A stretch of 64,000 bases of DNA from Acidobacteriota bacterium (GTDB lineage: Bacteria > Acidobacteriota > UBA890 > WLXD01), in assembly GCA_965205505.1 (NCBI GenBank), contig CBDBHB010000008.1, forward strand, positions 864,001-928,000. Direction: 5' to 3'. The number at the start of each line of letters is the position of its first letter. The first letter of the stretch is position 1. Shown in pieces: positions 9,831-18,224 of the stretch. The position numbers were made by a program, and so were the translations under genes. A model generated the notes under the pieces. That model was not told the DNA's origin. It was given only the letters and a program-made list of their open reading frames with translations, and did no database searches.

Positions 9831-10104
9831 TACTCCTGATCATAAGTACGGTGACGTTTGCAGGAGCGAGATGCGGGCGAGATCAAGGAAGGGTGAGGAA
9901 GGCGATGCCTTAGCCGTCCTCGACGAGCCCTGACGCCGAGATCGCCTGCATATCGCTCCTGCCCTCCGGGTGGCCGCGGGACCGGCCACCTTCGGCGTCG
10001 CGGCGCCTCGACGATACACCCAGCATCGCCCTCGTCGCCGCTCCTACAATTCGCCCCGGTCGCGCGCGCCACAAACGTCACTGTACTTATGATCAGGAGC
10101 ACTA
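9828..10104. mobile_element. TA-flanked palindromic (MITE/RPE-like) element, type A/A ends
   Basis: 33-nt terminal inverted repeats tagtactcctgatcataagtacggtgacgtttg (31/33 match), two internal opposed hairpin arms, no transposase. Confidence 0.9.
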
Positions 10105-10800
10105 GGGGCCTGCCGCGTCGAGCATGGCGCGCGCCATGCGCGGTCCGGCGCCATCGTCTTCGTGCTTGAAGAACACGAAGGTCTCCGTCCAGTGCAAGGC
10201 TCGTATGCGGTCGCGCCACTCGTCCAGGGCGGCAGCGTCGTAATCAGTGCGACGGAGCCTCAGGTATCCCCAGCTCGCGGTAGCCACGAGCGGCACCTCC
10301 ACCTTCCCGCCGTCGGCAACTACGAGTGCCGCGTCAAATTCGCGCAGCGTCGCGTACACCTTGTCGTCGAACCAGGACTCGTTGCGAAACTCGAATGCCA
10401 CGCGGTCACCCTTCGGCACGCGCTCCAGGAAGGCTCGCAGCGCCTCGATGTCCTTCTTGGCGTACGGCGGCATCTGAACGAGGTGTGCACCCAGGCGCTC
10501 ACCGAGCTCCGCGGTGACACCGAAGAGATACTCGAGCAACTCGTCGTCGGCCCGCAGTCTGGAGAAGTGCGAGATCCGACGCGTTGCCTTGAGCACGAAG
10601 CGGAACTCCTCGGGCACAACCTGCAGCCACTTCGTGACCAGCTTCGCCGACGGCATGCGATAGAAGGTGTTGTTGATCTCCACGCTCGGCAGTTGCCCGG
10701 CGTAGTACTCCAACATTCGCGCGTCCGGAAGATCAGCGGGATAGAAGTTCCCCTTCCAAGCCTTGTATGAGAACCCGCTCGTTCCGGCCAGAATCTGCAT
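10102..10800 (-). CDS. DUF72 (YecE-like) protein
   Basis: GTSGFSY..W.G.FYP, VEINNTFYRMP, AFEFRN.SW, YLRLR; ATG at 10800. Confidence 0.9.
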   Translation of the reverse strand: MQILAGTSGFSYKAWKGNFYPADLPDARMLEYYAGQLPSVEINNTFYRMPSAKLVTKWLQVVPEEFRFVLKATRRISHFSRLRADDELLEYLFGVTAELGERLGAHLVQMPPYAKKDIEALRAFLERVPKGDRVAFEFRNESWFDDKVYATLREFDAALVVADGGKVEVPLVATASWGYLRLRRTDYDAAALDEWRDRIRALHWTETFVFFKHEDDGAGPRMARAMLDAAGP

Positions 10801-10801
10801 C

Positions 10802-11446
10802 CTACGCCCAAGTGTCTCGTAAGCCATCGAAATCACGGATCGGCCAGCTCCCGCGATACAGCAGCACCATGCCCGCCATTTGAACCACATGGTACAGGTC
10901 GTTGTGATTGAAATGCCGGTGCAGGGCAACGCCGCTAGCCTGGATTGCGGCGGCGGCCAGGGTCACCAGGAGCCCCGCAACCAGCCAACCGGCTCCTGCC
11001 ACGCCCCGGTACATCTGAACCAGCTGCAATGCCAGCACCGCGGCGATCTGTGGAACGTAGTTGGCGATGACCCAGATGAAGTCATCGTGCCGCAACATCC
11101 AAGCCGCATACACGATGAGCTGGACGATTGCCATCACCAACAGAATCCGCCGCGGCCTGGCTCGCAACGACGCATGGGCGCTGGCGGCCAGAAACAGGAA
11201 CACCGTGGCACCGATGGCCAAGACAGTGAGCTTCCAAAGAAAGCTGTGGGCTCCAACTCCCAGATACGCTCCGAAACCGTGCGAAGTGCCTCCAGCGAAC
11301 GCGGCGAGGCCGATGCTCCAGAAGCTGACAGCGAACAATGTCCGCGCCCGCGACGCCGACGATTGCTTTAGCAGCCGTTTCCCCAGCCATACCGCGAGCA
11401 CCGCGAGCAAGTAGTCGGTGAGCGTCGTCATCGGGTCGACGATCAT
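10802..11446 (-). CDS. Multi-pass membrane protein (DUF6962-like)
   Basis: PMTTLTDYLLA, GGTSHG, HFNHNDLYHVVQ; about 7 TM helices. Confidence 0.7.
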   Translation of the reverse strand: MIVDPMTTLTDYLLAVLAVWLGKRLLKQSSASRARTLFAVSFWSIGLAAFAGGTSHGFGAYLGVGAHSFLWKLTVLAIGATVFLFLAASAHASLRARPRRILLVMAIVQLIVYAAWMLRHDDFIWVIANYVPQIAAVLALQLVQMYRGVAGAGWLVAGLLVTLAAAAIQASGVALHRHFNHNDLYHVVQMAGMVLLYRGSWPIRDFDGLRDTWA

Positions 11447-11462
11447 GCGCCTCTTGTCTCCA

Positions 11463-13631
11463 TCACTCGTCCAGCGAGGCCCGCATGCGATCACCGGGCT
11501 GGGTGAGCTCGATCGCCCGCTGCCCATCGACCACCCGGCCGACCATCGGGAACTCGCCGGTAAGGTGAGGCTGCGCGGCATGGGCGACGAAGAACTGCGA
11601 ACGCGCGCTATCTCGACCTGCGTGTGCCAGCCCGACGCTGCCACGCACATACCCGATGGGCGAGTCTTCGTTGCGTAGCGCCGGCGCCAGTACTCCGTCA
11701 GGCGAGGCGCCACCTTGCGTCACGAACCCCGCGATCACTCGATCAAACCGACTGCCGTCGAAGAACCCGGCCGCCGTCAGATCGATCAGCTGGACGACGC
11801 TCAGCGGAGCCCAATCCGGACGCAGTTCGATTACCACCTCGCCGCGGTCGGTCTGAAGGTGTAGGCGGGTATCCTGCGACTGCAACCCGAGCACACGTTC
11901 CGCCAACTCGACGTAGATGGCGCGGTCGCGGCCGCTAGCATGCGGCGCCAGCAGCGCCTCGATATCCCGCAATACGCTCCGCGTCTCAGGACCACGACCG
12001 AGGTCGTCGAGGGCCGCGAATCGAACGAAACGATCAGGCTCATCGCGAATTAGCGAGAGACGTCGCATCAGCAACTCATGCCCGATCGCCGAGAGGGCAC
12101 GTAGCGCCGCTAACCGCGGCCCGCGCCTCTCAGAGCCCCGCTGATCGAAGTAGCGCCGCCACAGCCGATCGGCCATCTCCGCCTGCAGCTGCGGATCGTC
12201 GTGAAAAAAGGCCGCCTTATGGTGGCGGGCGATCAGGTCGAGCGCTTCTTCCTCGAGGTCTCCGTCGACCAAATCAAACGCCATCCGATAGGCTTCCTCC
12301 GGTGCCCGATCCTCCAGCTCGGCCAAGAGCGCTGCGCGCACTGGCCGCGGGCCGGAGCGCAGCAGGGCCGCAGCGAGCGACTGATCCGCAAGCTCCTCCG
12401 AACGCGACAGGGCCCGCGCGAACCAGACCGCCTCGAGGCGAAACTGATCGAGGTATTCGAGCACCACCGCATCCGTATCGGTTGCGTTCTCAATTCCAAC
12501 GCGGCGACGGGTTCGGGAAACCACCTCCTCGAGGAGCTTGCCAGAGGCCCCCACCAGACCTTGAATCGCCGCCAGTCGAACGCTCTCGGCTCCCTCACCC
12601 AATGCCTCGAGCAAGCGATCGGAAGCAACGCCTCGGCTCGAGACGGTTGCCCCCAGGGCACGGAGGGCACAGCTGCGAACGTGCAGGTCCCGATCGAGCG
12701 AACGTCGCAAGACCGCCACGAACGCATCGTCGCCGGCCGCGCCCGCCTCGCCCTCCCAGGTCGTCTCCAGCCAGGCCAGAGCTTCACACTGCAAGCGGCG
12801 ATCACGCGTGTCCAGCAAGCGGACGGCATTGGACTCCGCCACATGCTGCGGAGCGCCGCGCAGACCGCGCACTGCCATCAAGCGCACCTCGGTGTCGGGA
12901 TCATCGATCAGCGGCATCAACTGCGGCAGCGCGTTGGGATCGGTGAGACGGCGGAGCGCATGCGCTGCCGCCAGACGGACGGTGGCGACCGGCCAGCCCG
13001 TGAAGGGGCGTATGGCATCCGCGGCGGCACCGGCCAAGCGCCACCAGCTGTTGAGCATCGCCGCCAGCACCGCCGGATTCGGGTGCGTCTCCGGCGTGCT
13101 TTGGCCGGCGCGCAGTAGCCAGCCGGCCACCGCTGTCGCAGCATCGCCGTCGACGATGCCCAGCGCCCACGCAGCTTGTTCCGCGACTAGGCTGGCCGGC
13201 TCGTCGAGCAACGGCAGCAGAGCGTCACGCGCGCGCGTACGCTCAGCGTCCTCCGTATCCACGGCGAGGTCGTACTCCAGGCGTCCGAGAGCGAACGCCG
13301 CGGCGGCGCGAACCACCGTTGCAGGATCGCGGGTGAGCTCGATCAGGCGGGACAGTAAGCGTGGCGAACCGACCCGGCCGATAGCGAGAGCCGTCCGCGA
13401 TCGCATCGCGGCATCCGGCGACGCGGCCAAGTCGAGGAGGCCTTCGGCGGCATAGCGTCGGTCCTCGGACTCGAGGATCAACGCAGCCGCTTCCACCGCC
13501 GCTGGCAACGGGGGCGGCCAGGCAACCTCGCCGCCGACCGATTCGTCTCCGGCACCGGGCTGCTGAAGGCCACCCGATCCTGCACCCATGGAAACGGCCA
13601 CCAGCGCGAGCACCCCGAGCAAGCGCATCAT
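11463..13631 (-). CDS. HEAT-repeat protein with C-terminal cyclophilin-type PPIase domain
   Basis: Signal peptide; VRAAAAFALG HEAT units; C-terminal TDRGEVVIEL...GFFDG..F.RV...FVTQGG...SQFF. Confidence 0.85.
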   Translation of the reverse strand: MMRLLGVLALVAVSMGAGSGGLQQPGAGDESVGGEVAWPPPLPAAVEAAALILESEDRRYAAEGLLDLAASPDAAMRSRTALAIGRVGSPRLLSRLIELTRDPATVVRAAAAFALGRLEYDLAVDTEDAERTRARDALLPLLDEPASLVAEQAAWALGIVDGDAATAVAGWLLRAGQSTPETHPNPAVLAAMLNSWWRLAGAAADAIRPFTGWPVATVRLAAAHALRRLTDPNALPQLMPLIDDPDTEVRLMAVRGLRGAPQHVAESNAVRLLDTRDRRLQCEALAWLETTWEGEAGAAGDDAFVAVLRRSLDRDLHVRSCALRALGATVSSRGVASDRLLEALGEGAESVRLAAIQGLVGASGKLLEEVVSRTRRRVGIENATDTDAVVLEYLDQFRLEAVWFARALSRSEELADQSLAAALLRSGPRPVRAALLAELEDRAPEEAYRMAFDLVDGDLEEEALDLIARHHKAAFFHDDPQLQAEMADRLWRRYFDQRGSERRGPRLAALRALSAIGHELLMRRLSLIRDEPDRFVRFAALDDLGRGPETRSVLRDIEALLAPHASGRDRAIYVELAERVLGLQSQDTRLHLQTDRGEVVIELRPDWAPLSVVQLIDLTAAGFFDGSRFDRVIAGFVTQGGASPDGVLAPALRNEDSPIGYVRGSVGLAHAGRDSARSQFFVAHAAQPHLTGEFPMVGRVVDGQRAIELTQPGDRMRASLDE

Positions 13632-14449
13632 TCGGTCGCCGCCCACCCGGAAGCCGACAGCGCGGCGCGAAGTCGCTTTGCGAGCCCTCCGACGGTGCGC
13701 CGTCGTCGTCCGACAGCACCTACCGGCATTGCTCCGATGAGGCTATTCACCAGCATCACCTCGTCGGCTTCCACCAAGTCGGCCTCCCGCAGCCGGCCCT
13801 CGACGACCAGGCCGCTCTCGAGCAGGCGTCGTCGGACGGTGCCCGGCAGACAGCCTTCGTCGAGCGGCGGTGTCAGCACGCGGCCACCCACTCGGGCGAT
13901 CACGTTGCTCCTGCTTCCCTCGGCTACTCCACCTCGCCGATTGAGCAGGATCGCTTCGAACGCGTCCTGTTCGGATGCCATCGCAAGCGCCATCGACTGA
14001 CGCTGCCACGAGATCGACTTCACCTGCCGGAGCGGGTCCCGTTCGTCCACCGTAAACTCCCGAGCGACGACGACTGCCACTCCTGCATCGTATGCGGCGG
14101 CTGCCGGCGGTGAATAGGAAGCAGCCGTCGCCAACCGAGTGGGACCAAGATCGGGACTCCCTCGCGTCACGGTGACTCGCAGCCGCGCGACCGGCTGCGG
14201 CGCCGCCGCCGCCACCGCGTCGATGGCAGCACGCAGCTCATCGCGACTTTCGGGAATCGACAGCCGAATCCGCTCGAGGCCATCGAACAAGCGGTCCAGG
14301 TGTGCCTCAACATCCAGCGGTTGGCGGCAATCGACGCGCAGCGTCTCAAAGAGACCGTCGCCAACCAGGAAACCGGCGTCGTTACACTCGATGCGAGCAT
14401 GCTCGCCGGCGATCAGCGCACCGTTGAGATAGGTGCGGAGCTCAACCAA
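13628..14449 (-). CDS. pabC: Class IV aminotransferase / 4-amino-4-deoxychorismate lyase
   Basis: GDGLFETLR, HLDRL, EGSRSNV, LPGTVR; follows pabB. Confidence 0.75.
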   Translation of the reverse strand: MVELRTYLNGALIAGEHARIECNDAGFLVGDGLFETLRVDCRQPLDVEAHLDRLFDGLERIRLSIPESRDELRAAIDAVAAAAPQPVARLRVTVTRGSPDLGPTRLATAASYSPPAAAAYDAGVAVVVAREFTVDERDPLRQVKSISWQRQSMALAMASEQDAFEAILLNRRGGVAEGSRSNVIARVGGRVLTPPLDEGCLPGTVRRRLLESGLVVEGRLREADLVEADEVMLVNSLIGAMPVGAVGRRRRTVGGLAKRLRAALSASGWAATE

Positions 14450-15854
14450 CTCCCAACGCCTGTAGAAAGGCCTGCGCCTTCGCCATCGTCTCCTCGCGCT
14501 CGGCCCGCGGATCGGAGTCCGCCACGATGCCGCCGCCGGCATGGTAGTCGACACGATCTGCAGTCACGACTGCGGTGCGTATCGCCACGGACAGTTCCAT
14601 ATCTCCGTCGGTGTCAATCCAGCCGATCGCCCCCATAGCCGGCCCGCGGCGACGCGGCTCCTCGGCGGCCGATACCTTCATGGCCTGAATCTTCGGGGCC
14701 CCGGTGATCGATCCCGGAGGGAACGTGGCCCGTAGCAGGTCTGTGGGCCCGATGTCAGGTCGCAGCCGAGCCGCCACACGAGCCACCGTGTGAATCACGG
14801 TGGGGAGCACCATCGGGGCAGCGAATTCATGCACGACGACGCTACCCGGCACGCTAACTCGGCCCAGGTCGTTGCGTACCAGATCGACGATCATGGCCAG
14901 CTCAGCGGCGTCTTTCTCGCTGTCTTGCAGAGCTGCGATCACGGCAGCGTCCCGGGTCGGATCAGGGCGTGGTCGCGTCCCTTTGATGGGATGGCTCTCT
15001 ACCGCTCGACCGCGCAGCTTGAGAAAACACTCGGGGCTGACCGACAGCACCGCAGCGTCGGGCAGCTGCAGGTAGGCACCGTACTCCGCCGGACTGGCCG
15101 CTCGAAGCCGCCCGTAGAGTTCCCAAGCATCACCTAGCGACCACGGCGCCGCGAAACGACGGCACAGGTTGGTCTCGAAGATCTCGCCGGCACGAATCCG
15201 CTCCAACGTGCGCCGCACGGCCGCTTCGAAGCCCGGCCCGTCAGGCTCGCTCGACACGCTCGTCGGGGCCGCCGGCCCGCCATCCCGGCTGTCGACCTCG
15301 GCGGCCTCGCAGAGACGCTTCTCGACCCGTGACTGCAACATCTCCATACGCCCACCGACGGCCGCGCCGATCAGGCGCCATTGCTCGCCGCGCCCCTCGA
15401 GCCAGGCGGTGTAAATGCCCAGGTGCATGTCCGGCACTGCAGCATCCGCAGCCGGGAGAGTCGGCAACTCCTCCAGCAGCGCAGCGAGCTCATAGCCGAG
15501 GAAGCCGAACAGGCGCGTTCCCGCGGGAAGCACGCCGAGCAACGCCTCGACAGCACCGAACGCGTCCACTGGCAGGCGCACTTTTTGGGCGTCGTGGCGC
15601 AACGTCGTCGACGAGCCGTGCGCAGACAGGACCGCCACCGGTTCGATGGCGAACAGGGTGCGCCCCGGCCCGGCCCCGTCGAGCCATACGAACCCGGGCT
15701 CATCATGCAACGCATCGGCGAGGCGAACCGCCGAGCACTCGGCGCGCAGCGCAATGCTCGCCACTGTGCCGCGTTGTTCCAAGACCGGCAATCGATCCAG
15801 CAACATCGACCGCGTGGCTGCCAGAGCCTCGGCGGCGGGCTTATCCGACCACAC
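14442..15854 (-). CDS. pabB: Aminodeoxychorismate synthase component I (chorismate-binding, TrpE/PabB family)
   Basis: SPECFL, PIKGTRPR, MIVDLVRNDL, FPPGSITGAPKIQAM, GGGIVADS. Confidence 0.85.
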   Translation of the reverse strand: MWSDKPAAEALAATRSMLLDRLPVLEQRGTVASIALRAECSAVRLADALHDEPGFVWLDGAGPGRTLFAIEPVAVLSAHGSSTTLRHDAQKVRLPVDAFGAVEALLGVLPAGTRLFGFLGYELAALLEELPTLPAADAAVPDMHLGIYTAWLEGRGEQWRLIGAAVGGRMEMLQSRVEKRLCEAAEVDSRDGGPAAPTSVSSEPDGPGFEAAVRRTLERIRAGEIFETNLCRRFAAPWSLGDAWELYGRLRAASPAEYGAYLQLPDAAVLSVSPECFLKLRGRAVESHPIKGTRPRPDPTRDAAVIAALQDSEKDAAELAMIVDLVRNDLGRVSVPGSVVVHEFAAPMVLPTVIHTVARVAARLRPDIGPTDLLRATFPPGSITGAPKIQAMKVSAAEEPRRRGPAMGAIGWIDTDGDMELSVAIRTAVVTADRVDYHAGGGIVADSDPRAEREETMAKAQAFLQALGVG

Positions 15855-16425
15855 CCGCCCCGTCCAGGAAGTTCGCGAGCACGCGGTCGCCCGCGTCCGT
15901 TAGGAACGACTCGGGGTGAAAGAGCACGCCCTCGGCCGGCCGATCAACCATCCGGCATCCCATGATGATATTCTCGCAGTCGCTGGTCGCCGTGACCTCC
16001 AAGCGATGATCGACGCTGCCCGGATCAACAACCAGCGAGTGGTAGAGGCCCACGAGCAACGGGCTCGGCAGCCCGCGTAGCACCCCGGCGCCGCGATGGC
16101 GAACCAAACGTCTCTTGCCGTGCATGGGTACGCCGGAGGGCTCCACACGAGCGCCCGCCGCGACCGCGATGACCTGCATTCCAAGGCATACGCCGAGGGT
16201 GGGCACTCGCCCAGACAGGCCGGCGACCACTTCCGAACAGACGCCGGTCCGGTCCGGGCCGAAAGGACCTGGCGATAACACGATGCGATCCGGCTGTAAG
16301 GCCGCAACTTCATCGAGCGTGACGGCATCCGACCGGCACACAGTGCACTCGGCCCCCTGCGCGGACATCATCTGCACCAGGTTCCAGGTGAAGGAATCGT
16401 AGTTGTCAAGAACCAGTACGTGCAC
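15841..16425 (-). CDS. pabA: Glutamine amidotransferase component II (PabA/TrpG)
   Basis: LDNYDSFTWNL, SPGP, GVCLGMQ, YHSL, FHPES. Confidence 0.9.
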   Translation of the reverse strand: MHVLVLDNYDSFTWNLVQMMSAQGAECTVCRSDAVTLDEVAALQPDRIVLSPGPFGPDRTGVCSEVVAGLSGRVPTLGVCLGMQVIAVAAGARVEPSGVPMHGKRRLVRHRGAGVLRGLPSPLLVGLYHSLVVDPGSVDHRLEVTATSDCENIIMGCRMVDRPAEGVLFHPESFLTDAGDRVLANFLDGAGVVG

Positions 16426-16431
16426 AGGACA

Positions 16432-17763
16432 CTAACCCAGCCAACCAGAGAGTAGCGTCATCAGGACCGCCACCGGGACCACGTAGCGCACCCAGAAGAA
16501 CCACGCGTTGATCCACCTCGGCACCACGCCCGCCTCCTCCAGCTGTCGACGTACCGACGGCAAGCCCAGCCCCCAGGCCAGGGCCACGACGGCGGCCACG
16601 CTGCCCACCGGTTGCATCGTCGAGCCCCACAAGAGGTCGCTCCAGACGATGTAGTCGAGCGACAGCATCGCCGGCAGCCCCGCCACGACGAGCAACGCCG
16701 AGATCGCCCACGCCGAACGGCTGCGGCTCCAGCCACGAGAGTCGGCCAATGATCCGACCAGCACTTCGACCGCGGCTACACCGGACAGGAAGGCGATACA
16801 CAGGAGGCCGAGGAAGAACAGGGCACCGAAGATGGGTCCGGCCGGCATGGCGACGAACGCGGCCGGCATGACCTCGAAGAGCAGCGGCGGACCGGTCGCC
16901 GGTGACAGCCCGTAGGCGAACGCGACCGGTATGACTACCAGCGCCGCCAGGATGCTGGCTGCGACGTCGCCTACCGCGGTGGAGATCACCCGCCGAGGCA
17001 ACGGCGCGTCGGGAGGCAGATAGGAACCGTAGATCACCAAGAACGTTCCACCGAGTCCAAGAGAAAAGTACGCTTGCCCAACCGCGGCCATCACCGCCAA
17101 CGGCGTAAGCGCCCGCCAGTCGAAGGTAAACAGATAGCGGAATCCTTCGGCCGCCCCCGGCAGCGACAGCGACCATGCGACGAGACCGAGGGTAAGCACA
17201 CCGAACACCGGCAGGACAAAGCTACTGATGCGCTCGATACCCTGGCGAACGCCCTTGGATACGACCGCCGCCGCCGCGGCACCAACTACCGCCGAGCACA
17301 GCATCTGTACCGGCCATCGGGCATGCAGGGCGGCAAAGGTCTCGGTCGACAGCTCGTTGAAGCCGACGGCCCAGCCCAATGACATCACGAGGTAGGCCAG
17401 CAACCACCCAAGCACCACGAGGTAGTAGGTCATCGCCATCGCGACGCCAACGAACAATAGGTGCCCGATCGGCCGCCCGGCCGGAATCCCGGCACGAACG
17501 AACGCCTCGACCGGCCCCCGACCTGTAGCTCGCCCCAGCGTGAGCTCGGCGAGCAGCGCCGGAACACCCACCACGACGACGATGAGCAGGTAGATCGCGA
17601 GAAACGCTCCTCCGCCGAACATGCCCATCATGTAAGGGAAGCGCCAGAAGTTGCCGAGGCCAATCGACACCCCCAGCAGGGCGAAGATCATTCCCCAGCC
17701 GGACGAGAAGGTCTCGCGCCCCGCCGCGTCTGCCGGGGCCGGCCCGCTACCGTCGGGAGCCAT
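16432..17763 (-). CDS. Sodium-dependent transporter, NSS/SNF family
   Basis: RETFSS, IGLGNFWRFPY, GGGAFL..Y, GIER, QAYFSLGLG. Confidence 0.92.
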   Translation of the reverse strand: MAPDGSGPAPADAAGRETFSSGWGMIFALLGVSIGLGNFWRFPYMMGMFGGGAFLAIYLLIVVVVGVPALLAELTLGRATGRGPVEAFVRAGIPAGRPIGHLLFVGVAMAMTYYLVVLGWLLAYLVMSLGWAVGFNELSTETFAALHARWPVQMLCSAVVGAAAAAVVSKGVRQGIERISSFVLPVFGVLTLGLVAWSLSLPGAAEGFRYLFTFDWRALTPLAVMAAVGQAYFSLGLGGTFLVIYGSYLPPDAPLPRRVISTAVGDVAASILAALVVIPVAFAYGLSPATGPPLLFEVMPAAFVAMPAGPIFGALFFLGLLCIAFLSGVAAVEVLVGSLADSRGWSRSRSAWAISALLVVAGLPAMLSLDYIVWSDLLWGSTMQPVGSVAAVVALAWGLGLPSVRRQLEEAGVVPRWINAWFFWVRYVVPVAVLMTLLSGWLG

Positions 17764-17890
17764 TCACTCGTCGCGCCGAACAGCTCCGTCGGTCAATAGC
17801 CGCGTAGCACAGACTCAACACGCTCGATCGGGGCGGCACGTCGCTGTCGGAATACGGGGTGGGCAGGCTCCAGAACCCAGAAGTATCCCA

Positions 17891-18074
17891 TAGCAGGCCG
17901 TGGTGGAAGTGTGGCTGGTCTGGCGACAGGGTTTTGCGGGCGGAGGCAAGGAGAGAGGAGGAAACGATGGTTACCCCATCGTCGACGACGAACGACGTAG
18001 CATACGCGCGCAACCCCCTATCGCCCAAAGGGTTACGGCAACCAGGCCCGCCACACTGCCACCACGGCCTGCTA
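17891..18074. mobile_element. TA-flanked palindromic element, type D/D ends, single arm
   Basis: TIRs tagcaggccgtggtggaagtgtggc / gccacactgccaccacggcctgcta (24/25). Confidence 0.85.
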
Positions 18075-18107
18075 GGAGCCGCTTTCCATCCGTGCGGCCA
18101 CATGTGG

Positions 18108-18224
18108 TCATGAATATCTTATTACATGGTTAACAGAACAATATTGCTTTATTAGATTTCTTTAATCCATTATAGCAACGTATACTATTTAATAATAATT
18201 GTTAATAGTCAATAGAGTGTTATC
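18108..18224 (+). promoter_or_regulatory. Very AT-rich upstream region of the c-di-GMP enzyme
   Basis: Contains tatactatttaataataattgttaatagtcaatag in a GC-rich background. Confidence 0.5.

Noticed and set aside
9827-10219. 130-aa ORF, and similar ORFs at 28383-28738
   Set aside because: Translations of the repeat element
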